A stretch of 64,000 nt of DNA, taken from Paragordius varius. Taxonomy: Eukaryota; Animalia; Nematomorpha. The stretch lies in the NCBI GenBank assembly GCA_964247055.1, contig OZ176057.1:6200001-6264000 (forward strand), written 5' to 3'. The first letter of the stretch is position 1. Every line of letters begins with the position of its first letter. This document shows positions 50,361-62,285 of this stretch, piece by piece. The notes beneath the pieces are model-generated. The model saw nothing but the letters and a program-made list of their open reading frames with translations, was not told where the DNA came from and made no database searches. The translations under genes were made by a program, and so were the position numbers.

Positions 50361-53189
50361 TGACGTATGTTAGATTATCCTAAAATATATTTGTTGAAAA
50401 TTATTATTTTGAAATATTTTTGTCACAGAGCGTTAATTAACACATAACCTTTTCGTTCTGTAGATATTTAAAAATTTGAGTCGCTTTATACTCCAGATTT
50501 TAACTTATAAATAAACTACTGTTTTAAAGGTTGTTTTGGTTATATGATTATCAAACATTATTCTCGATTTATAAAAAAACTTTATTAAAAGTGTTTTTAC
50601 GAAATTAGGATGGCTCCGAAACTTGATTGTAACTGATTGTTTCAATATCAAATACGCCATTAAAATGTTTCTGGAGGCTTTTAAAATTATTTTTTGCATT
50701 TTTAACCATTATACATAACTACGGTACACAAAATGATCAGTTTTAAACTGGTGGGGTTGAATATAGGAAAATATGTGGTTCAATCAGGGACGCATTTATA
50801 TAAATAAAATATTTCAAATTTAAAATATGGACTAGATCTCGTACGGGAAAATTGCTCTAAAGTCAATTTTGTAAAAAGGGGCTAAATTGAGAGGTTAGCC
50901 TAAGATTTAAAAAGATTATTGCACTGACAGCCTACCCATCTTTCAAAATATATTTAAGCCATAAATTGTCTAAATAAACAATTTTTAAATGCGCAGGGCA
51001 AAACTGACGGCCTTATTTGAAAGAGGGCTTAGTCACGCTCGGCGCAATTGTGAAGCATTATATAAAATTATTATTGAAATTGTTTCGGGAACGTGCTTCT
51101 AAACTAATATTTGATAAAAAAAACATTTTTATAAGGATGGGGCTAGACTCGGCAAATTCATTTTCGGTGCATTTGTAAATAATAATGAAAAACACCACGT
51201 TTAAATATGCATGGGCCTCACGCTATCCAAAAATTTTCAACCAACCTCAAAATTTTAAATCTTCTATATTCATGCTAAGTAGGGCTCAATTGGGGGCCTC
51301 CTTTTACAAAGGGTTTAGTCACCCTCGACGCCATTTTAAAACATTAAAAAAATTCTTTATTTAAACTGACTATGTTCAAAAAAATTGTTTCACGGGAGGG
51401 CCTGAAATGAGGAGCAAATTGAAAAATAGCTTAGTCATTGTCGGCATTATTGAAAAACAATGAAAGTACACTATCGAATTTGGATGGTCCTACACGCTTT
51501 CCAAAAAATTGCTTCAACGTCAAATTGTCTTAAGGCCCGTATTTTTACACTATGTGGGGCTAAATTGAATGGCTAATTTAAAAAAGGGCTTTAGTTTCGG
51601 CGCAAGAAAATAATTTGAAAAATGTTTTATTACAACTGAGTGGACCTATAAGTTTTGTTAATCTCGTGTCAAAACCAACAATTCTTTCAAAACCCCATTT
51701 TCATATAAGTGAGGGGCTAAACAGAGGGGCTAATTTTTTAAAAGGGCTTAGTCACCCTCAGTGCCTTTGCGAAACATTATTGGACACTGTGTTATTAGAA
51801 GAAATGAATTTAAAGCAAGCATTTATCCATTTAGTAATTTAAATGTAATAAGATGGCTATTTACTGTACAAACATATTAGAGGAAGCGTCGATTCTGGAC
51901 ATAATAGTATTTATAAAAATTTGGTTTAAATTTTATTGACATTTTCCCGCGGTTTAAATAAAAAAATATCTTAAATCAAAAAATTTATAATTTATTATGA
52001 TAATTTTCCTCTCGTTTTTAACAAAATGATGTCTATAGCAAACACCCCTTTAGATAAAATTCTATTATAACTCCAAAAACGCATGTCAATAGGTTGGTAT
52101 ATACATAAGGTGACCAGATTTTTTGAAGGAAAAAGCGGGACAAATCTGAGAAGGGAGTGGGTCATTGGGGGGTACAACCAAAAATTTTTATACAAAAAAT
52201 TTATTGTAATATTTATTTATTTTTAACAAAATACATTATAAATATAAAAAAAATTGTACCTCACAGGTTGTTTGTACCTTATTCAATAAATTTCCATGTG
52301 CACGAACAAAGGGTGAAGTTATTTTAATATTCTAGAAAAAAATAATAAAGACAAAATTATCACAAAGTGCCCTGGGTGATGCAAGAAGCGGCACAAAAAT
52401 ATTTTTAACAATTTAGCGAATAATCTTAATCAAAACATTATTGGCAGATACACAACGTTCAAACAGCTACTCATTTGTTACCCCTGGATGTGGAAAATAT
52501 AGATGTTAAAATGCTTGAATATTGTAGAACTGTTGGTTAGCTCTTCTGCCAGCGATTGATATATTTATAAAAATATGATCTCCTAGAATATCACAGGACA
52601 AAGGTCAAAATTCCAAGTCAAAAAAGATTAGAAAATAATTTTATACCATTACCTAATCGCAATATTATAAAGCATCCAGAAAACAAGGCTCAATGAATAG
52701 CCATAATATAAAAATGTTTTATACAAACAGAAAAGATTATTTGGAAGACAAGACGGGGCACAATGACAATTTTTTATGAAGTCTCATTTTTAAATAAATA
52801 TATTGAATGAAAACTTTTATTATGGACAACAGAAAATATACGTAGGATAGAAATGGTTAAAATAATCATTTTTAAACAAATTATGTTCCATACAATAATA
52901 TTTTAATTAAAGAATTTGCCTTATCTTTACCTGAACCACTGCTATCGAACGCGTTTTTTCACAGTAAATAAGTAAGGACACGGAATCAAATTTAAATGTT
53001 TAATAAAAGCCATTTTATGTGTTCGAATATAATTTGACAAATTATGAAGTATACAATATTTTGAGTAATTTTGTTTATTTTTTTACATAAAAACTTTATA
53101 AATATAAGAAAATATTTTATTCTTTGGTATATTTTTTGTTTGAGTGAATGCGTTTTAGCAGATTGTCATCATTTATTAAAATATTGTAG

Positions 53190-54968
53190 AAGTCTTCACA
53201 AGTATTTGTCAAATTATATTTGACAGATAAAACGGCCTTAAAGTTTCAACATTTAAATTTGATTTTTCCGATGGCCACACCTGATTTACTGTGGAAAAAA
53301 CGCGATCAGTAGCAGCGTTGGTTCCAGGTAAATATAATGCGAATTCCACAATTTTTAAAATATTATTGTTTGTAATATAGTTGGCTTCAAAATGATAAAA
53401 TATTTCCAACCATTTCTTTTTTACTGTATATTTTCTTTTGTCCATAATTTAAGTTTTTTATTATTAATATATCTTTTAACTTATGATACTTCAGAAAAAA
53501 GATCATTTTCTGAAAGATTACCTTTTGATAAATTTTGGGAGCAGATATAATCAAATCATTTTTGAACATCGCACCAATTAAATTCTGATTTTAATGTTAT
53601 CCAATGAAAATGATCAATTTCAATGAATTGGGTCGTCCAGTCTTCCAAATAATCTTTACAGTTTGTATAAAACATTTTTATATAGTACAGGATATCTTGG
53701 CGATTTATTAAGCCTTGTTTTTCTAAATTATTTATTATATTGCGGATGTTAATAGTATAAAATTATTTTCTAACCGTTCTTGACATTGGAATTTTAGGTT
53801 ACTAACTTCATTGGCTACTTCGATTGCCGAAATTTTGTCACCTTCTATAAATTTAATAACATTTTGAAAGAGAGAAGCTTGATTATGTAAGCATTCTAAC
53901 CATATTTTTGAACAATCACTTTCAAAAAACTTTTTTAAAGTTGTATGACATTTGTCCTATGGTAATAAAAAAGATTTTAAAGGATCATAATTTTTAAAAT
54001 TCTTTCGATAGCTGGCATAAAAGCTAACCAACGAGTTTTACAATATCCAAGCATTTTTTGATATTAAACTTCTGCATTTTCACAGAATTCTTTAAGCGAT
54101 TCCTACTGTGTATATTAAAAAATAGGAATATATTTTAACAACTACATTTTCCACATCTAGGGGTAACAAATCAGTAGCTGTTTGAATAGCGTTGTGTAAA
54201 TGCGTTGCACACCCAACGCCAATAATGTTTTGACTAAGATTATCTGTTAATTTATGAAAAATATTTTTTTGTTCCTCTCCTTGCTTTTCCACCAAAGTTC
54301 ATATTGGTGTTGTCAGCGCAATATACGATAATTTTGTATTTTAAATTATTTTTTTGCATTATTGAAGTAAATATTATTTCGGAATTTTCACCGGGTAGGG
54401 AAATTAAATCTAAAATTTTAATTTTTACTCCGGTTTCTGAATCAAAATATCTCATCAAAGTGGGAAATAATTTTGTTTCATGGTGATTTGATGCATCAGA
54501 GTATAGCGATATGGAATTAATTTTCAGCAAATCTTTTTGTATTTCAGAAAATATATGTGGCGAAAGGACATTGCACACAATGGCTTCAGCCTTTGTACGG
54601 GCACATGTAAATTTTTTATGGAATAACGTGCGAATAACTTGTGAGGTACAGTCCATAGATCTAAAGGAATTATTGTGATTAACGGCGTGAAAAGATAACA
54701 CGCACTCAGCTAGTGCCAAATTCTTTTTTTCCTCTCCAAAAGCGGTTTTTCGAAAAAAATCGCTCATTTTGTAAGATGATGCCGCCATATCTAAACATTT
54801 TTTATGTTTCTGTGTTTCCATATGCTTTGTAATATCATGCTTGCCGCCATGTGCCAGGGTGAATTCCCCCTCGCATATAAGACATTTAACAGATGTTCAT
54901 TCTTCGTTTTTTTGATAAAAGGAAAATCTTTCATTAATTCATCGTTGAATTTACAACCTCTTTTTGTG
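53190..54968 (-). pseudogene. hAT transposase pseudogene (frameshifted)
   Basis: Zinc-finger remnant C..C...HGGKHDITKH..T.KH, LYSDASNH, CADNTNMNFGG, GCATH (CxxH), and the C-terminal dimerisation motif LPGTNAATDRVFS, spread over several frames. Confidence 0.88.
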
Positions 54969-54984
54969 CTAATATTTATAAACT

Positions 54985-55255
54985 ACTATTAGTATAATAA
55001 ATATTATATTACCTTAATTTTCTGGAATAAACGTGTAAGGTACCGATTTGTGGTATCAATTTGTCTTTTAAGCTACCGATTTGTGGTATTAATTTGGCTT
55101 TTTAATAATGTTGGCAAGTAATAAAACTAAAATATTAGTATAATAAATATTATATTACCTTAATTTTGTGAAATTAACGTGTAAGGTCCCGATTTGTGGT
55201 ATCAATTTGTCTTTTAATCTAGAGATTTGTGGTATTAACTTGGCTTTTTGATAAT
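54985..55255. repeat. ~150-bp tandem duplication in the hAT 5' region
   Basis: attagtataataaatattatattaccttaattt...gatttgtggtatcaatttgtctttt occurs twice in direct orientation. Confidence 0.8.
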
Positions 55256-56407
55256 AATGACAGTAGTAGTAGGAAGTATAGTGTATAATCACATGATATA
55301 AATTCGAAAAAATAAATATTTTTAATTTAAAATAAAAAATTTTAATTTAAAATTGAATAGATTTTAAAGATATTTAATGATAAAAAATTTAAACGGACAA
55401 AAAAAATTTATTTGTATTAAAAAAAATTTTTTTTTATATAATTGTGAAAAAGCGGGACATTTAAAAACGTAGCAGGAAGCGGGACAAAGTGTGAAAAAGC
55501 GGGACTGTCCCGCCAAAAGCGGGACGTCTGGTCACCTTATATATACATTTAACGTTCTAAATAACTTGTTCGATTTTCATATTTTTATAAAGTAACATAA
55601 AGGCAACACATATAAATATATTATTAGGTATAGCGTTCTAAATAATTTGTTCGATTGTTGCATTTTTATATTCACACAAAAGTTACATCGTTTAAACATA
55701 TTGAAATGTTATATGCTGTAACGTTCTAAATTATTTGTTCGATTGTCACATTTATATATATTAACGCAAAACACATCATCTATATATATTAAAAAAATGC
55801 TATAATTGCTGTTTGATACCCTTATGCGAATTTTTGGGGGAATAACAATGTCTTTATTCAAAAAACATATTTTAAAGTTGGAGGAAAAACTGAACAGAAG
55901 TTAACATTGACAATAATATATTCACAACAACGGAATTAACTAAAAGCGTATTTTTGTATGTGGCTTAGTTAGAATTATAGAGATATATTTTTTAAATAAT
56001 TACACCCAATCAAACACAACTCAAATGAACTTACTGACAGCTAAAAACAATAGTAATCATAAAGCCTGGAAAATTGATCAAGCAATATAATACAATCAAA
56101 CTGGTCAGGTAACTAAAAATTTAAAATTTGAATAATTTATAGGCTTTAATTTAAATAAAATTTTATCTGTTTATATAAAATTCATTAGCCAATGCGATAT
56201 ACATTTTTGCATTTTGCAATAAAAATAGCCATATTAATTATCTATCACAGATAAAGCAAAGTAAAACCATACAAGTACAATGAAAAAATAATGACGTTTG
56301 AAATACAAAACAATTACAACACATCAATCATTTTATAAAAATAAAAACCTTATTTTCAAAATGTAAAACATTATCCAACAATCGTCTATAACATTCATTG
56401 TGAAATA

Positions 56408-59176
56408 CAGTCATGTAGACTTTATATTGTTAAAGATTTACTTTTTCGTTAATTGGGTATTAATATTTGGTAAAGAATATAAAAACAAGAGCAATATGGT
56501 ATTACCATATCACATTCTTTAAAAAAATTAAAAGAAGTGTGGGGGAAGGGCGTCAGAAATCTTTGGTAAAAAATGAAAATCTTTAATATTGAGGGGAATG
56601 GTAATATTTTTGTTAATTTTTTGCAAAATTTTATATATTAATTTTTTTGATAAAATTTTTATTTAACACCTAGATTCGAATGGGGTATTTAAATATACCT
56701 TAGACTAAATTTGAGTTAGGATTTTTTAATAACTAGTGAAAGAAACGGTCCCAATTTAAATTTATGCTTCTTTTCTAATAAAAATTATATATAAATATGC
56801 CAAAATATTATAAAATTTTGTTTTGAAAAAAAAGTTCCATGTCAAACAACTTCGACGCCATTTTTATTTTACAAAATGTTTGCAAAATGTCGTGTTCATT
56901 TAGTGTTAAGGGTAAAATTAAAGATAATTTTTTATTTAAATCACATCTAACCTTGATAGAAATAGAAAAAGCGATTTATTTTGTATTCTTTTTCAATTTT
57001 ACCATTGCACACATGTCACATTAAATTTTTACCTTTTGTTTTAGCTTAAAAATGAATGTGTTGTATCCAAGTGTTAAACAAAACTAACTTAAATATAGAT
57101 TTTATTAAAAAAATATTTATTATAATTTTTTTAATAGGATATCACAATAATCAAACAAACATACAACGGATAAATAATGAATTGTGTGTATATATAAGGG
57201 AAAACATAGGAAATGAATATGGATTATATAGCGTTTATAAAAAAATATTATCGAACTGAATGCGTTTCATCCTAAAATGCTCTATTTTGGGAAATTTAAA
57301 ATTCAATCATATATATACCAGTTTACCACTATTTAACCCTATTGAATGTTTTTTTCTATAATAATTGTTATAAAAAAAGCAAGATATATCTGGAAATTAT
57401 TTTTATATCGTACTGTGCGATCAAAAAAAAAATAAATCGTCTCTGATACTTACAATAAATGATGTTTAAAATTGTTTTCATTTTTCAACCTTAGTTTTTT
57501 TAAAGCAACATCAATTAAAACTCTTTTTGAAAAATCATAATAATTTTGAAGAGATTTTGTTTTTCTTTCGTCGCACAATCTTTTGATTCTGCAATATTGT
57601 TCCCCGAATGTAGTCCATCTTGGTTTTTTTTTATAATAAAATTTTAATTCGTGAAAAAAACATTCAATAGGATTGAGTTAGGGGCGATTAAGGTGGTAAA
57701 TATATAAGCTTGTTCCTTAAATTACCCAAAATAGAACATTTATGTATGGGTGCGTTGTCGCAAATGACAAACGCATCTTGTGGTAACATGGCCAAAGACT
57801 CCTCCAAAAATGGCTTAAAATTCTCGCCATTGAACGCTCCCTGTTTGATGCTGTAATTAACAACACCCTGTATTCCAATCATACACAACAAAGAGACGTT
57901 TTTACCTAAAATAAAATAAAGATATACCTTTATTGAAGCCCTTTACGATAGGTGCCTGTCCTGACGGTGCCCGGCCAAATATATTTTTTGCTATCAAGGA
58001 AAACCCCAACTCATCTAAATAATAGATTTCGTCCAAGGGTATACCGTTCACAAGACAGGCATACTCAAATCGTTTTTGAATTACCAACGAGGAATTGCGC
58101 TGTTGAGGTTCCATAATACACCTTTTGCGCGTGTATTTAAATATTTTATATAAGGTTTTTTTGGATATTTTGGATTCTGTGGGTAATTTTATTGAGAATC
58201 TCATCGACAGTCAATTCACAATCACTATCGAGGATTGTTTTGACCTGCCCGACTAGACCTTCATTGCATTTCGTTTTCCTACCCTTTTTCAATGGCTCTT
58301 TCTCTCTATTCCCAGAGTCATGCTTCGTCTCATAGCATTTATGGAACTTATAGACATGTCTAAATCATCTACAAAATGACGATACGATAATTCGTGATTT
58401 CTGGGATTCCCGAAAATTTTATAGGCCTTAGACTTTTTTTCATCTAACCAAAAATTATATTCTAAAATTAACAAAAACGGTTTTCCTTTTTCCTCTACCG
58501 TTTAATGAAGTTGTCATATTTTCATTCCCGATCTCATTAACACCTAAATTCTAAATGAAAAAAAAAACCATCGTTGCCAGGGACAAAATTTTGTATGGGT
58601 CTTATATTTTCGTCAACATAATCTGAATCTAACATTATAAAGGCAAAAAAAACCATCAAGGACACCAGGACAAGTGTCTACTATCAATTCATTCCCGCCA
58701 ATCTCATTAACACCTAAATTCTAAATGAAAAAAAAACCATCGTTGCCAGGAACAAAATTTTGTGTGGGTCTTATATTTTCGTCTACATAATCTGAATCTA
58801 ACATTATAAAGGAAAAAAATACCCGCAATACCAGGGTTACATCCTAACGAAATTGGATCAAATTGATTTAATATAGCATCTATCGTAAAAATCCCTTTTA
58901 TCGTTCCCATATCAAAACAAAAAAAAATTATAATTGAGATAAAAATTACGATTTTCCTAATTCTTTTATACAATAATTTTAAGTGAAGGGTTAGTAGTTG
59001 GTGTATTTTCATTTTTTACCAAAGATTTCCGACGCCTTTCCACTTCATTTTTTACTTTATTAAAGAATATGATATGGTAATACCATATTGCTCTTGTTTT
59101 TATATTCTTTACCAAATATTAATACCCAATTAACGAAAAGAGGTAAATCTTTAACAATATAAAGTCTACATGAATG
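56408..59176 (-). mobile_element. IS630-Tc1-mariner DNA transposon, family B, degenerate, inserted into a tandem-array unit
   Basis: ~170-bp TIRs starting CAGTCATGTAGACTTTATATTGTTAAAGATTTAC. TA duplication, confirmed against the empty site in a sister unit (atcgtaaaaTAtagtggtttt near 47250). Confidence 0.92.
57450..58880 (-). pseudogene. Family B transposase pseudogene with micro-introns and several frameshifts
   Basis: YLDELGF, ICDNAPIH, LPP..., NPIECFF remnants. Frameshifts near 58310, 58175 and 57680, plus an in-frame stop after LPP. 22-nt intron at 57906-57927. Confidence 0.88.
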
Positions 59177-59364
59177 TATACTGGTTTTAGAATTACTCAC
59201 TTAATTTTAATTGGATTAGCATCATATATAAAATTGAACTGATTAATGGAATTATGTAGCGTGCTGTCAAAATTTTTCAAATACAAATTATTATTAAGTG
59301 TAAAATCAAAAAAATAAACTTGTCAGTCGTTTTATCAATGAATTAATAACATTAAACCACACAT

Positions 59365-60540
59365 TACTAAATAATGTATTATATGGTTGATTTTGGCCTT
59401 TCCGCCCTTCGTTCAAGCAACCTTGCTCCAGACATTGTTGGAACACCCCTTTATATAGCCTACAACATGCTCAGTCGAGACACCTATGATTAAAAAGTGG
59501 GCATTTGGTTCTTGGAAACTGTAATAATTAAATTACTTGAAGGCAACAACCCTCCAAACATTGACATTTAGCGGAATCACGTAATTATACTATTTATCAT
59601 TTAAAATTGGACCTTTATTTTGTTAGATACTACATAAAATCATCAAAACAAGAATCCCAACCCTGCCCAAATTAATTTCCACAGTTTTCACTGATTTTTA
59701 CATGACTTTATGCGCAAACAGGCTACCGATAGATGGTCAGCCTATGAATTTATGCATATACACATAATTGATTTCTTTTTTATTGGGTTACCTACTATAA
59801 GATTTTACGGTAAACTATATAAAAATATAATTTTTTTGGTCATACCTTTTTTATAACATTCAATCTCTCCGAATTGAGAGCGCATAGTTAATTCTATCAC
59901 AAATCAATTCCAATTTAAATCTGCAAAAAATTAATACCCATATGTGTGTTGAATTAATCCACCAACGCAAATGTATAGTTTAAGTTACAAAAATTGTTTT
60001 TTCAAGTATTAGCGGGAAATCATTCCACAAAACACATATACTTTAATCTATTAAATAATTCTAAAAAAAGGCTTCCAAAAACATTATTTGTTTATATAGT
60101 TTACCGTAAAAGTTATAGGTAATTTAATGAAACAATTAGATGTGCATACCTGCATCAAGTCATTGGCCGACCATCGATCGGTGGCCTCTTTGCGCAAAGA
60201 GTTTTGTAAAAAATCGGTGAAAGCTCTCGAAATAGATTTCGGTAGGGTGCCTATTTTGATAATTTTATGTGATATCTAACTGAAAATGAAGGTGGAATTT
60301 AAAGATAAATCTAATTTCCAAACTCCACTTTATGCCGTATGGAGGGTTTCCTACAACTAATTTGATTAGTATTATTCCAAAGGACCAAATGCACTTTGAA
60401 ATCATAAGAGTCTCGACAGAGCATGTCGTAGACACGTAAAATGGCGTTCCGACAATGTCTGAAGTAAAATTGATTGAACTGAAGCAGGAAATACCAAAGT
60501 CAACCATATCCATATAATAGATTAAATAAACGCTTTTTTC
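59365..60540. pseudogene. Palindromic kinase cassette 4
   Basis: Same arms (+ arm from ~59373; ORF track 60265..60513 -). Confidence 0.8.
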
Positions 60541-61104
60541 TCATATCAAAGTTTAAATGTTATGAAACAATGGGCTAAAATAAAAAATTAATTGATCAAA
60601 ATATGTTTGGTAATTTTCGTAATTTAGCATTTGATTAGTAATCCAACTACGTATGATATGATTCGTATAAATTTATTAAATTTTTTTAACCCAAAATAAA
60701 TGTCATCAAACTAAAACACACAAAAAATATAATATGTTTACTAGCACAACAAATGAGATTCAAATGATTTTTCAATCTTACAACTAAGCCATAATGAATA
60801 ATGATGAAAGATGGTATGAAACTAGCGGCAACCTAAATAGTGGCGGAACGACAGTCTATAACCATTAATCAAAATATTGATAAAAATTCAATAATCCAAA
60901 ACCAAGACGATATTAAAAATGTTTGTTGCACTGGAGACGATCAACAATTATCACATAAATTCTATCGACGAAAAAATAATTGAGTAAAACTTATAAAAAG
61001 TAAATGGCGCCTTGAATCTACCATTAATATACATGAAAATTCTGTCATACAATATCTAATACATGGTTTTACCTAGGAAGAAATAGCGATTGTGATAAAA
61101 GATA

Positions 61105-61624
61105 TACCATTTGGACTTAGAGAGTGTCCTTGAACACTTAAAGTTGGTCCTTGAACATTTTTGGTCCGTCCTTAAAATTTTTAAGATTTAATTTTACCAT
61201 AATTTTTGCATCTATTTTTTTATTTATTAATCTAATTTTCTTTATATATCCTTATTAAAAATAAATATTTTTATTGAAAAACGACTTTTTTGTTTACTAT
61301 TTTTTTCAATTCAACAAAAGTATTAACTTTTAAATGTTTTTAATAAAAATCATAATTAATAACCCAAAAAACTTATGTATTTTTTCATTTCTTCTTTAAA
61401 TCTTATTAATATCCAAAATTATTTTAAGAAATTAATAAAGATATACGGTTTCTCACAGATTAAAAGTTGATATCGATTTAAAATTTATGTTAAATAATCG
61501 AAAATAGGTTAAAAACAATAAAATAAATGAATTTACGATTTGATTGATAAAAGTTAAAAGCAAAACAAAAAAGTCAAAGGATCAACTTGAAATGTTCAAG
61601 GACACTCTTGAAGTACAAATAGTA
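61105..61624. mobile_element. MITE family T2 copy inserted in array unit 4
   Basis: TA-flanked inverted ends; absent from the equivalent position in the other units. Confidence 0.85.
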
Positions 61625-62246
61625 TACAACGCCTTCTCTGCATATTAAATGAAGCTATATCCGATAACAATTAAATCTTTAGCATAGCTGTTTTATTTGA
61701 TATGTAAAAGCCACTCAATTCCAAATGGTATGAAAGCTACATTCATCCATAAAAATAAGGAATCTTAGATTGCTCCAACTGTCAAAAGTATCGTGTGTTA
61801 GTGTGTTGCATGGACAATATTCAACAAGAAACCCACGCAACCTTGGTTGAACTCAACATTAAAACTAAACGCAATTTATGGAGAATTTTTTTGCAATATT
61901 GCAAAAAGCCGACTATCACAAGATTAATAAACCGTTATCAAAAATAGAATTTGAAATATAACAATCATTTGTAAGGGTCATCTCAAAATCACTACAACAT
62001 AAAACAGCTACTGAAACATATGGAGATCTCTACTCTAATGAATTAAAACCAATACCATCCATACGAATACGCTATTTTGGCCACATAGACAGATCCTGTA
62101 TAGATTCATCTACCAAAGATTTTTTTATTTACATATTCGCCCTAAAACTTAGTCCAATATAATCGGACAAGCTTAAAATCCAACGGAGTACCAATATGTG
62201 GGCTAAATTAATAATACCTTTCAAATAAAAACTATATAATCCTTCT

Positions 62247-62285
<39 letters not shown>

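Larger units (their letters stand above)
52106..55539 (-). mobile_element. hAT-superfamily DNA transposon (Blackjack-like termini), degenerate
   Basis: TIR TAAGGTGACCAGA...TCTGGTCACCTTA, perfect 8-bp TSD TATATACA (52098-105, 55540-47), and subterminal GCGGGAC repeats. The empty site is visible in a sister unit (ggtatatacatttagcg near 39820). Confidence 0.93.

Noticed and set aside
35838-60513. Kinase ORFs as functional genes
   Set aside because: No glycine-rich loop, VAIK lysine or HRD motif found. APE is replaced by AYD/SYD and each copy has different frameshifts.
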